The notes under the pieces were generated by a model, which was given only the letters and a program-made list of their open reading frames with translations, had not been told where the DNA came from and did no database searches. 64,000 bases of DNA from the human T2T-CHM13v2.0 reference genome, Homo sapiens. Positions 51,703 to 64,000 of the stretch are shown in pieces; position 1 is the stretch's first letter, and each line of letters begins with the position of its first letter. The stretch lies in the NCBI RefSeq assembly GCF_009914755.1, contig NC_060944.1; one strand, given 5' to 3'. The translations under genes and the position numbers were made by a program.

Positions 51703-54263
51703 AAGCATTCTCAGAAACTGCTTTGTGATATATGTAGTCAACTCACGGAGTTGAAACTTGGTTTTGATGTAGCAGTTTTGAAACACTCTTTTTGTTAGAA
51801 TCTTCAAGTGGATATTTGGATAGCTTTGAGGCTTTCATTGGAAACGAGAATATCTACACATAACAAATAGACAGAAGCATTCTCAGAAAGTTCTTTATGA
51901 AGTTCGCATTGAACTCACAGAGTTGTACCTTCCTTTTCACACAGCAGTTTTGAGACATTATTTTGTAGAATCTGCAAGTGGACATTTGGAGTTATTTGAG
52001 ACATAGGGTGAAAAAGGAATATCTTCCCATAAAAAGTCGACAGAAGCATTCTCAGAAACGACTTTCTGATTTGTGTACTCAACTCACAGAGTTAAACCTT
52101 TCCTTTGATACAACAGTTCGGAAACACACTTCTTGTAGACTTTACAAGCGGATATAAGGACAGCAGTGAGGATTTCATCGGAAACGGAATATCTTCACAT
52201 AAAAGTAGACAGAAGCATTCGCAGAAAGTTCTTTGTAATGTGTGCATTCAACTCACAGAGTTGAAACTTTCTTTTGATAGAGCAGATTGGAAGACCTCTT
52301 TCTGTAGAATTTGAAAGTGGATATCTGGACAGCTTTGAGGCCTTCCCTGGAAACGAGTGTATCTTCATATAAACACTAGACAGAAGCATCCTCAGAAACT
52401 TGTTGGTGATGCTTGCATTCAACTCACAGAATTGAACATTTCCTTTCCTAGAGCAGTTTTGAAACACTGTTTTTGTAGTATCTGGAAGTGGACATTTGGA
52501 GCACTTTGAGGCCTAGGGTGAAAAAGGAAATATCTTCACATAAAAACTAGACAGAAGCATTCTCTTAAACTTCTTTGTGATGTGTGTACTCAACTCACAG
52601 AGTTGAACTTTTCTTCTCATAGATCAGATTCGAAACCCTCTTTTAGTAGAGAATGCAAGTGCATATTTGGATAGCTTTGAGGATTTCACTGGAAACGGGA
52701 ATATCTTCCCATAAAAACTAGAAAGAAGCATTCTCAGAAACTTCTTTGTGATGCTTGCATTCAACACACAGAGTTGAACATTCCCTTTCATACAGCAGTT
52801 TTGAAACACTCTTTTTGTAGTATCTGGAAGTGGACCTTTGGAGCGCTTTGAGGCCTATGGTGAAAAAGGAAATACCCTCACCTAAAAAGTAGACCGAAGC
52901 ATTCTCAGAAACTTCTTTGTGATGTGTGTAGTCAACTCACAGAGTTGAACCTTTCTTTTGATACAGCAGTTTTGAAACACTCTTTTTGTAGAACCTGCAA
53001 GTGGTTATTTTGATAGCTTTGAGGCTCTCATTGGAAACGGGAATATCTTCACATAAAAACTAGACAGAAGCATTCTCAGAAACTTCTTTATGAAGTTTGC
53101 ATTCAACACACAGAGTTGAACATTCCGTTCCATACAGCAGTTTTGAAACTCTCTTTTTCTAGAATCTGTAAGTGGAAACATGGAGCACTTCGAGGCCTAT
53201 GGTGAAAAAGGGAATATCTTCCCATAAAAAGTAGACAGAAGAATTCTCAGTAACTACTTTGTGATGTGTGTACTCAACTCACAGAGTTGAACTTTTCTTC
53301 TCATAGATCAGATTTGAAACCCTCTTTTTGTAGAGTCTGCAAGTGCATATTTGGATAGCTTTGAGGATTTCATTGGAAACGGGAATATCTTCCCATAAAA
53401 ACTAGAAAGAAGGATTCTCAGAAACTTCTTTGTGATGCTTGCATTCAACTCACAGAGTTGAACATTCCCGTTCATACCGCAGTTTTGAAACACTCTTTTT
53501 GTAGTATCTGGAAGTGGACCTTTGGAGCGCTCTGAGTCCTGGGGTGAAAAAGGAAATATCCTCACCTAAAAACTAGACAGAAGTATTCTCAGAAACTTCT
53601 TTGTGATGTGTGTAGTCAACTCACAGAGTTGAACCTTTCTTTTGATACAGCAGTTTTGAAACACTCTTTTTGTAGAATCTGCAAGTGGTTATTTTGATAG
53701 CTTTGAGGCTTTCATTGGAAACGGGAATATCTTCACATAAAAACTAGACAGAAGCATTCTCAGAAACTTCTTTATGAAGTTTGCATTCAACTCACAGAGT
53801 TGAACTTTCCGTTCCATACAGCAGTTTTGAAACTCTCTTTTTCTAGAATATTTAAGTGGAAACTTGGAGCGCTTCGAGGCCTATGGTGAAAAAGGGAATA
53901 TCTTCCCATAAAAAGTAGACAGAAGAATGCTCAGTAACTACATTGTGATGTGTGTAATCAACTCACAGAGTTGAACTTTTCTTTTGAAAGAGAAGATTTG
54001 AAACACTCTTTTTGTAGAATCTGCAAATGGATATTTAGCCTGCCTTGAGGCCTTCATTGGAAACGGGAATATCTTCACATAAAACTAGACAGAAGCATTC
54101 TCAGAAGCTTCGTTGTGATGTGTGCATTCAACTCCCAGAGTTGAACCTCTCTTTTGATAGAGCAGTTCTGAAACAATCTTTTTGTGGTATCTGGAAGTGG
54201 ACGTTTGGAGCGATTCGAGGCCTATGGTGAAAAAGGCAATATCTTCACCTAAAAACTAGACAG
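51703..54263 (+). repeat. 15-mer HOR structural variant (m1-9, m10/6 hybrid, m7-11), copy 1
   Basis: The hybrid monomer at 53239 begins as m10 (GAATTCTCAGTAACTAC) and continues as m6 (TTCTCATAGATCAGATTTG). ORF spacing 52105 to 54667 = 2562. Confidence 0.94.
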
Positions 54264-57200
54264 AAGCATTCTCAGAAACTGCTTTGTGATATGTGTAGTC
54301 AACTCACGGAGTTGAAACTTTGTTTTGATGCAGCAGTTTTGAAACACTCTTTTTGTTAGAATCTTCAAGTGGATATTTGGATAGCTTTGAGGCTTTCATT
54401 GGAAACGGGAATATCTACACATAAGAACTAGACAGAAGCATTCTCAGAAAGTTCTTTATGAAGTTCGCATTCAACTCACAGAGTTGTACCTTCCTTTTCA
54501 CACAGCAGTTTCGAGACATTCTTTTTGTAGAATCTGCCAGTGGACATTTGGAGTGATTTGAGACATAGGGTGAAAAAGGAATATCTTCCCATAAAAAGTA
54601 GACAGAAGCATTCTCAGAAACGACTTTCTGATTTGTGTACTCAACTCACAGAGTTAAACCTTTCCTTTGATACAGCAGTTTGGAAACACTCTTCTTGTAG
54701 AATTTACAAGCGGATATAAGGACAGCAGTGAGGATTTCATTGGAAACGGAATATCTTCACATAAATGTAGACAGAAGCATTCTCAGAAAGTTCTTTGTAA
54801 TGTGTGCATTCAACTCACAGAGTTGAAAGTTTCTTTTGATAGAGCAGATTGGAAGCCCTCTTTTTGTAGAATTTGCAAGTGGATATCTGGACAGCTTTGA
54901 GGCCTTCCCTGGAAACGAGTGTATCTTCACATAAACACTAGACAGAAGCATCCTCAGAAACTTGTTGGTGATGCTTGCATTCAACTCACAGAATTGAACA
55001 TTTCTTTTCCTAGAGCAGTTTTGAAACACTCTTTTTGTAGTACCTGGAAGTGGACCTTTGGAGCACTTTGAGCCCTAGGGTGAAAATGGGAATATCTTCA
55101 GATAAAAACTAGACAGAAGCATTCTCTGAAACTTATTTGTGATGTGTGTGCTCAACTCACAGAGTTGAACTTTTCTTCTCATAGATCAGATTTGAAACCC
55201 TCTTTTTATAGACTCTGCAAGTGCATATTTGGATAGCTTTGAGGATTTCATTGGAAACGGGAATATCTTCCCATAAAAACTAGAAAGAAGCATTCTCAGA
55301 AAGTTCTTTGTGATGCTTGCATTCAACTCACAGAGTTGAACATTCCCTTTCATACAGCAGTTTTGAAACACTCTTTTTGTAGTATCTGGAAGTGGACGTT
55401 TGGCGCGCTCTGAGGCCTAGGGTGAAAAAGGAAATATCCTCACCTAAAAACTAGACAGAAGTATTCTCAGAAACTTCTTTGTGATGTGTGTAGTCAACTC
55501 ACAGAGTTGAACCTTTCTTTTAATACAGCAGTTTTCAAACACTCTTTTTATAGAATCTGCAAGTGGTTATTTTGATAGCTTTGAGGCTTTCATTGGAAAA
55601 GGGATTATCTTCACATAAAAACTAGACAGAAGCATTCTCAGAAACTTCTTTATGAAGTTTGCATTCAACTCACAGAGTTGAACTTTCCGTTCCATACAGC
55701 AGTTTTGAAACTCTCTTTTTCTAGAATCTTTAAGTGGAAACTTGGATCGCTTCGAGGCCTATGGTGGAAAAGAGAATATCTTCCCATAAAAAGTAGACAG
55801 AAGAATTCTCAGTAACTACTTTGTGATGTGTGTACTCAACTCACAGAGTTGAACTTTTCTTTTGAAAGAGAAGTTTTGAAACACTCTTTTTGTAGAATCT
55901 GCAAATGGGTATGTAGCCTGCTTTGAGGCCTTCATTGGAAACGGGAATATCTTCACATAAAACTAGACAGAAGCATTCTCAGAAACTTCGTTGTGATGTG
56001 TGCATTCAACTCCCAGAGTTGAACCTCTCTTTTGATAGAGCAGTTCTGAAACAATCTTCTTGTGGTATCTGGAAGCGGACGTTTGGAGCGATTCGAGGCC
56101 TACGGTGAAAAGGGCAATATCTTCACCTAAAAACTAGACAGAAGCATTCTCAGAAACTGCTTTGTGATATGTGTAGTCAACTCACGGAGTTGAAATTTGT
56201 TTTGATGCAGCAGTTTTGAAACACTCTTTTTTGTTAAAATCTTCAAGTGGATATTTGGATAGCTTTGAGGCTTTTATTGGAAACCGGAATATCTACACAT
56301 AAGAACTAGACAGAAGCATTCTCAGAAAGTTCTTTATGAAGTTCGCATTCAACTCACAGAGTTGTACCTTCCTTTTCACACAGTAGTTTTGAGACATTCT
56401 TTTTGTAGAATCTGCAAGTGGACATTTGGAGTGATTTGAGACATAGGGTGAAAAAGGAATATCTTCCCATAAAAAGTAGACAGAAGCATTCTCAGAAACG
56501 ACTTTCTGATTTGTGTACTCAACTCACAGAGTTAAACCTTTCCTTTGATACAGCAGTTCGGAAACACTCTTCTTGTAGAATTTACGAGCGGATATAAGGA
56601 CAGCAGTGAGGATTTCATCGGAAACGGAATATCTTCACATAAAAGTAGACAGAAGCATTCTCAGAAAGTTCTTTGTAATGTGTGCATTCAACTCACAGAG
56701 TTGAAACTTTCTTTTGATAGAGCAGATTGGAATCCCTCTTTTTGTAGAATTTGCAAGTGGATATCTGGACAGCTTTGAGGCCTTCCCTGGAAACGAGTGT
56801 ATCTTCACATAAACACTAGACAGAAGCATCCTCAGAAACTTGTTGGTGATGCTTGCATTCAACTCACAGAATTGAACATTTCTTTTCCTAGAGCAGTTTT
56901 GAAACACTGTTTTTGTAGTATCTGGAAGTGGACATTTGGAACACTTTGAGGTCTAGGGTGAAAAAGGAAATAGCTTCACATAAAAACTAGACAGAAGCAT
57001 TCTCTGAAACTTCTTTGTGATGTGTGTACTCAACTCACAGAGTTGAACTTTTCTCTCATAGATCATATTTGAAACTCTCTTTTTGTAGAGTCTGCAAGTG
57101 TATATTTGGATAGCTTTGAGGATTTCATTGGAATCGAGAATATCTTCCCATAAAAACTAGAAAGAAGCATTCTCAGAAATTTCTTTGTGATGTTTGCATT

Positions 57201-58018
57201 CAACTCACAGAGTTGAACATTCCCTTTCATACAGCAGTTTGGAAACACTCTTTTTGTAATATCTGGAAGTGGACCTTTGGAGTGCTTTGAGGCCTAGGGT
57301 GAAAAAGGAAATATCCTCACCTAAAAACTAGACAGAATCATTCTCAGAAACTTCTTTGTGATGTGTGTAGTCAACTCACAGAGTTGAACCTTTCTTTTGA
57401 TACAGCAGTTTTGAAACACTCTTTTTGTAGAATCTGCAAGTGGTTATTTTGATAGCTTCGAGGCTTTCATTGGAAACGGGAATATCTTCACATAAAAACT
57501 AGACAGAAGCATTCTCAGAAACTTCTTTATGACGTTTGCATTCAACTCACACAGTTGAACTTTCCGTTCCATACAGCAGTTTTGAAACTCACTTTTTCTA
57601 GTATCTGTAAGTGACAACTTGGAGCGCATCGAGGCCTATGGTGAAAAAGGGAATATCTTCCCATAAAAAGTAGACAGAAGAATTCTCAGTAACTACTTTG
57701 TGATGTGTGTACTCAACTCACAGAGTTGAACTTTTCTTTTGAAAGAGAAGTTTTGAAACACTCTTTTTGTAGAATCTGCAAATGGGTATTTAGCCTGCTT
57801 TGAGGCCTTCATTGGAAACGGGAATATCTTCACATAAAACTAGACAGAAGCATTCTCAGAAACTTCGTTGTGATGTGTGCATTCAACTCCCAGAGTTGAA
57901 CCTCTCTTTTGATAGAGCAGTTCTGAAACAATCTTTTTGTGGTATCTGGAAGTGGACGTTTGGAGCGATTCGAGTCCTATGGTGAAAAAGGCAGTATCTT
58001 CACCTAAAAACTAGACAG

Positions 58019-60579
58019 AAGCATTCTCAGAAACTGCTTTGTGATATATGTAGTCAACTCACGGAGTTGAAACTTGGTTTTGATGTAGCAGTTTTGAAAC
58101 ACTCTTTTTGTTAGAATCTTCAAGTGGATATTTGGATAGCTTTGAGGCTTTCATTGGAAACGAGAATATCTACACATAACAAATAGACAGAAGCATTCTC
58201 AGAAAGTTCTTTATGAAGTTCGCATTGAACTCACAGAGTTGTACCTTCCTTTTCACACAGCAGTTTTGAGACATTATTTTGTAGAATCTGCAAGTGGACA
58301 TTTGGAGTTATTTGAGACATAGGGTGAAAAAGGAATATCTTCCCATAAAAAGTCGACAGAAGCATTCTCAGAAACGACTTTCTGATTTGTGTACTCAACT
58401 CACAGAGTTAAACCTTTCCTTTGATACAACAGTTCGGAAACACACTTCTTGTAGACTTTACAAGCGGATATAATGACAGCAGTGAGGATTTCATCGGAAA
58501 CGGAATATCTTCACATAAAAGTAGACAGAAGCATTCGCAGAAAGTTCTTTGTAATGTGTGCATTCAACTCACAGAGTTGAAACTTTCTTTTGATAGAGCA
58601 GATTGGAAGACCTCTTTCTGTAGAATTTGAAAGTGGATATCTGGACAGCTTTGAGGCCTTCCCTGGAAACGAGTGTATCTTCATATAAACACTAGACAGA
58701 AGCATCCTCAGAAACTTGTTGGTGATGCTTGCATTCAACTCACAGAATTGAACATTTCCTTTCCTAGAGCAGTTTTGAAACACTGTTTTTGTAGTATCTG
58801 GAAGTGGACATTTGGAGCACTTTGAGGCCTAGGGTGAAAAAGGAAATATCTTCACATAAAAACTAGACAGAAGCATTCTCTTAAACTTCTTTGTGATGTG
58901 TGTACTCAACTCACAGAGTTGAACTTTTCTTCTCATAGATCAGATTCGAAACCCTCTTTTAGTAGAGAATGCAAGTGCATATTTGGATAGCTTTGAGGAT
59001 TTCACTGGAAACGGGAATATCTTCCCATAAAAACTAGAAAGAAGCATTCTCAGAAACTTCTTTGTGATGCTTGCATTCAACACACAGAGTTGAACATTCC
59101 CTTTCATACAGCAGTTTTGAAACACTCTTTTTGTAGTATCTGGAAGTGGACCTTTGGAGCGCTTTGAGGCCTATGGTGAAAAAGGAAATACCCTCACCTA
59201 AAAAGTAGACCGAAGCATTCTCAGAAACTTCTTTGTGATGTGTGTAGTCAACTCACAGAGTTGAACCTTTCTTTTGATACAGCAGTTTTGAAACACTCTT
59301 TTTGTAGAACCTGCAAGTGGTTATTTTGATAGCTTTGAGGCTCTCATTGGAAACGGGAATATCTTCACATAAAAACTAGACAGAAGCATTCTCAGAAACT
59401 TCTTTATGAAGTTTGCATTCAACACACAGAGTTGAACATTCCGTTCCATACAGCAGTTTTGAAACTCTCTTTTTCTAGAATCTGTAAGTGGAAACTTGGA
59501 GCACTTCGAGGCCTATGGTGAAAAAGGGAATATCTTCCCATAAAAAGTAGACAGAAGAATTCTCAGTAACTACTTTGTGATGTGTGTACTCAACTCACAG
59601 AGTTGAACTTTTCTTCTCATAGATCAGATTTGAAACCCTCTTTTTGTAGAGTCTGCAAGTGCATATTTGGATAGCTTTGAGGATTTCATTGGAAACGGGA
59701 ATATCTTCCCATAAAAACTAGAAAGAAGGATTCTCAGAAACTTCTTTGTGATGCTTGCATTCAACTCACAGAGTTGAACATTCCCGTTCATACCGCAGTT
59801 TGGAAACACTCTTTTTGTAGTATCTGGAAGTGGACCTTTGGAGCGCTCTGAGGCCTGGGGTGAAAAAGGAAATATCCTCACCTAAAAACTAGACAGAAGT
59901 ATTCTCAGAAACTTCTTTGTGATGTGTGTAGTCAACTCACAGAGTTGAACCTTTCTTTTGATACAGCAGTTTTGAAACACTCTTTTTGTAGAATCTGCAA
60001 GTGGTTATTTTGATAGCTTTGAGGCTTTCATTGGAAACGGGAATATCTTCACATAAAAACTAGACAGAAGCATTCTCAGAAACTTCTTTATGAAGTTTGC
60101 ATTCAACTCACAGAGTTGAACTTTCCGTTCCATACAGCAGTTTTGAAACTCTCTTTTTCTAGAATATTTAAGTGGAAACTTGGAGCGCTACGAGGCCTAT
60201 GGTGAAAAAGGGAATATCTTCCCATAAAAAGTAGACAGAAGAATGCTCAGTAACTACATTGTGATGTGTGTAATCAACTCACAGAGTTGAACTTTTCTTT
60301 TGAAAGAGAAGATTTGAAACACTCTTTTTGTAGAATCTGCAAATGGATATTTAGCCTGCCTTGAGGCCTTCATTGGAAACGGGAATATCCTCTCATAAAA
60401 CTAGACAGAAGCATTCTCAGAAGCTTCGTTGTGATGTGTGCATTCAACTCCCAGAGTTGAACCTCTCTTTTGATAGAGCAGTTCTGAAACAATCTTTTTG
60501 TGGTATCTGGAAGTGGACGTTTGGAGCGATTCGAGGCCTATGGTGAAAAAGGCAATATCTTCACCTAAAAACTAGACAG
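58019..60579 (+). repeat. 15-mer HOR structural variant, copy 2
   Basis: Same hybrid at 59555 and near-identical private SNVs to copy 1. ORF spacing 58421 to 60983 = 2562. Confidence 0.94.
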
Positions 60580-62457
60580 AAGCATTCTCAGAAACTGCTT
60601 TGTGATATGTGTAGTCAACTCACGGAGTTGAAACTTTGTTTTGATGCAGCAGTTTTGAAACACTCTTTTTGTTAGAATCTTCAAGTGGATATTTGGATAG
60701 CTTTGAGGCTTTCATTGGAAACGGGAATATCTACACATAAGAACTAGACAGAAGCATTCTCAGAAAGTTCTTTATGAAGTTCGCATTCAACTCACAGAGT
60801 TGTACCTTCCTTTTCACACAGCAGTTTTGAGACATTCTTTTTGTAGAATCTGCAAGTGGACATTTGGAGTGATTTGAGACATAGGGTGAAAAAGGAATAT
60901 CTTCCCATAAAAAGTAGACAGAAGCATTCTCAGAAACGACTTTCTGATTTGTGTACTCAACTCACAGAGTTAAACCTTTCCTTTGATACAGCAGTTTGGA
61001 AACACTCTTCTTGTAGAATTTACAAGCGGATATAAGGACAGCAGTGAGGATTTCATCGGAAACGGAATATCTTCACATAAAAGTAGACAGAAGCATTCTC
61101 AGAAAGTTCTGTCTAATGTGTGCAATCAACTCACAGAGCTGAAACTTTCTTTTGATAGAGCAGATTGGAATCCCTCTTTTTGTAGAATTTGCAAGTGGAT
61201 ATCTGGACAGCTTTGAGGCCTTCCCTGGAAACGAGTGTATCTTCACATAAACACTAGACAGAAGCATCCTCAGAAACTTGTTGGTGATGCTTGCATTCAA
61301 CTCACAGAATTGAACATTTCTTTTCCTAGAGCAGTTTTGAAACACTCTTTTTGTAGTATCTGGAAGTGGACATTTGGAGCACTTTGAGCCCTAGGGTGAA
61401 AAAGGGAATATCTTCAGATAAAAACTAGACAGAAGCATTCTCTGAAACTTATTTGTGATGTGTGTGCTCAACTCACAGAGTTGAACTTTTCTTCTCATAG
61501 ATCAGATTTGAAACCCTCTTTTTGTAGACTCTGCAAGTGCGTATTTGGATAGCTTTGAGGATTTCATTGGAAACGGGAATATCTTCCCATAAAAACTAGA
61601 AAGAAGCATTCTCAGAAAGTTCTTTGTGATGCTTGCATTCAACTCACAGAGTTGAACATTCCCTTTCATACAGCAGTTTTGAAACACTCTTTTTGTAGTA
61701 TCTGGAAGTGGACTTTTGGAGTGCTCTGAGGCCTAGGGTGAAAAAGGAAATATCCTCACCTAAAAAGTAGACAGAAGCATTCTCAGAAACTTCTTTGTGA
61801 TGTGTGTAGTCAACTCACATAGTTGAACCTTTCTTTTCATACAGCAGTTTTCAAAAACTCTTTTTATAGAATCTGCAAGTGGTTATTTTGATAGCTTTGA
61901 GGCTTTCATTGGAAATGGGAATACCTTCACATAAAAACTAGACAGAAGCATTCTCAGAAACTTCTTTATGAAGTTTGCATTCAACTCACAGAGTTGAACT
62001 TTCCGTTCCTTACAGCAGTTTTGAAACTCTCTTTTTCTAGAATATTTAAGTGGAAACTTGGAGCGCTTCGAGGCCTATGGTGAAAAAGGGAATATCTTCC
62101 CATAAAAAGTAGACAGAAGAATGCTCAGTAACTACATTGTGATGTGTGTAATCAACTCACAGAGTTGAACTTTTCTTTTGAAAGAGAAGATTTGAAACAC
62201 TCTTTTTGTAGAATCTGCAAATGGATATTTAGCCTGCCTTGAGGCCTTCATTGGAAACGGGAATATCTTCACATAAAACTAGACAGAAGCATTCTCAGAA
62301 GCTTCGTTGTGATGTGTGCATTCAACTCCCAGAGTTGAACCTCTCTTTTGATAGAGCAGTTCTGAAACAATCTTTTTGTGGTATCTGGAAGTGGACGTTT
62401 GGAGCGATTCGAGTCCTATGGTGAAAAAGGCAGTATCTTCACCTAAAAACTAGACAG

Positions 62458-64000
62458 AAGCATTCTCAGAAACTGCTTTGTGATATATGTAGTCAACTCA
62501 CGGAGTTGAAACTTGGTTTTGATGTAGCAGTTTTGAAACACTCTTTTTGTTAGAATCTTCAAGTGGATATTTGGATAGCTTTGAGGCTTTCATTGGAAAC
62601 GAGAATATCTACACATAACAAATAGACAGAAGCATTCTCAGAAAGTTCTTTATGAAGTTCGCATTGAACTCACAGAGTTGTACCTTCCTTTTCACACAGC
62701 AGTTTTGAGACATTATTTTGTAGAATCTGCAAGTGGACATTTGGAGTTATTTGAGACATAGGGTGAAAAAGGAATATCTTCCCATAAAAAGTCGACAGAA
62801 GCATTCTCAGAAACGACTTTCTGATTTGTGTACTCAACTCACAGAGTTAAACCTTTCCTTTGATACAACAGTTCGGAAACACTCTTCTTGTAGACTTTAC
62901 AAGCGGATATAATGACAGCAGTGAGGATTTCATCGGAAACGGAATATCTTCACATAAAAGTAGACAGAAGCATTCGCAGAAAGTTCTTTGTAATGTGTGC
63001 ATTCAACTCACAGAGTTGAAACTTTCTTTTGATAGAGCAGATTGGAAGACCTCTTTCTGTAGAATTTGAAAGTGGATATCTGGACAGCTTTGAGGCCTTC
63101 CCTGGAAACGAGTGTATCTTCATATAAACACTAGACAGAAGCATCCTCAGAAACTTGTTGGTGATGCTTGCATTCAACTCACAGAATTGAACATTTCCTT
63201 TCCTAGAGCAGTTTTGAAACACTCTTTTTGTAGTATCTGGAAGTGGACATTTGGAGCACTTTGAGGCCTAGGGTGAAAAAGGAAATATCTTCACATAAAA
63301 ACTAGACAGAAGCATTCTCTTAAACTTCTTTGTGATGTGTGTACTCAACTCACAGAGTTGAACTTTTCTTCTCATAGATCAGATTTGAAACCCTCTTTTA
63401 GTAGAGAATGCAAGTGCATATTTGGATAGCTTTGAGGATTTCACTGGAAACGGGAATATCTTCCCATAAAAACTAGAAAGAAGCATTCTCAGAAACTTCT
63501 TTGTGATGCTTGCATTCAACACACAGAGTTGAACATTCCCTTTCATACAGCAGTTTTGAAAAACTCTTTTTGTAGTATCTGGAAGTGGACCTTTGGAGCG
63601 CTTTGAGGCCTAGGGTGAAAAAGGAAATACCCTCACCTAAAAAGTAGACCGAAGCATTCTCAGAAACTTCTTTGTGATGTGTGTAGTCAACTCACAGAGT
63701 TGAACCGTTCTTTTGATACAGCAGTTTTGAAACACTCTTTTTGTAGAACCTGCAAGTGGTTATTTTGATAGCTTTGAGGCTCTCATTGGAAACGGGAATA
63801 TCTTCACATAAAAACTAGACAGAAGCATTCTCAGAAACTTCTTTATGAAGTTTGCATTCAACACACAGAGTTGAACATTCCGTTCCATACAGCAGTTTTG
63901 AAACTCTCTTTTTCTAGAATCTGTAAGTGGAAACTTGGAGCACTTCGAGGCCTATGGTGAAAAAGGGAATATCTTCCCATAAAAAGTAGACAGAAGAATT
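62458..64000 (+). repeat. Partial HOR (m1-m9) of the 15-mer haplotype, truncated by the window end
   Basis: Shares GTCGAC, TAACAAATAG, CATTCGCAG, TTAGTAGAGAATGC and GTAGACCGAAG with the two 15-mers. The window ends at the start of m10 (or m10/6). Confidence 0.8.

Larger units (their letters stand above)
1..64000 (+). repeat. Primate centromeric alpha-satellite (alphoid) tandem array, ~375 monomers of ~171 bp, single orientation
   Basis: Alphoid motifs CATTCTCAGAAACTTCTTTGTGATGTGTG, CAACTCACAGAGTTGAAC, GCAGTTTTGAAACACTCTTTTTGTAGAATCTGCAAGTGG and AAAACTAGACAGAAG recur every ~170-172 bp from start to end with no interruption. Confidence 0.99.
39072..64000 (+). repeat. Right divergent domain: different HOR haplotype, mosaic 11-mers plus 22-, 8- and 15-mer variants
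   Basis: HOR starts: 39072, 40948, 44705, 46583, 48460, 50338, 51703, 54264, 56142, 58019, 60580, 62458. There is a systematic allele switch relative to the left domain and many more private SNVs per copy. Confidence 0.9.

Noticed and set aside
403-63222. Dozens of 60-90 aa ORFs on both strands (MIQQFGN..., MFQNCSR..., MFPNCCM..., MRPSLET...)
   Set aside because: They are translations of alpha-satellite monomers recurring with the HOR period. They overlap on opposite strands, often use non-ATG starts, gain and lose stops freely between copies, and show no recognisable domain.
1-64000. CRISPR-like appearance (conserved ACTAGACAGAAGCATTCTCAGAAA or CAACTCACAGAGTTGAA recurring regularly)
   Set aside because: The intervening sequences are homologous monomer bodies, not unique spacers. 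There are no cas genes and the sequence is primate alphoid DNA.
1-64000. Possible L1/Alu insertion, inversion or non-alphoid island
   Set aside because: All deviations from the 1877-bp period are whole-monomer multiples. I saw no poly(A) tail, target-site duplication, strand switch or foreign sequence.

Overview
The whole 64 kb window is primate centromeric alpha-satellite DNA: about 375 head-to-tail ~171-bp monomers in one orientation. I see no genes, transposon insertions or inversions, and every ORF in the track is a by-product of the repeat. The monomers form an 11-monomer higher-order repeat (HOR) of 1876-1878 bp. Monomers are numbered m1-m11 from position 1, with box pattern B-A-B-B-A-B-A-B-A-B-A and SF2/SF02-like diagnostic motifs. 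Nearly all B-type monomers carry a broken CENP-B box (TTCA instead of TTCG), which suggests an inactive, non-kinetochore array; I found only two intact boxes (23501, 27596). There are two domains. The left domain (1-~39 kb) is homogeneous, with 20 canonical 11-mers organised into multi-HOR block duplications. The right domain (~39-64 kb) is more divergent and mosaic, with 22-, 8- and 15-monomer structural variants; a 9-mer sits at the boundary. I found no novel protein-coding or RNA system. The interesting signal is the recombination and evolutionary architecture of the array. Variant lists were read by eye and are not exhaustive.
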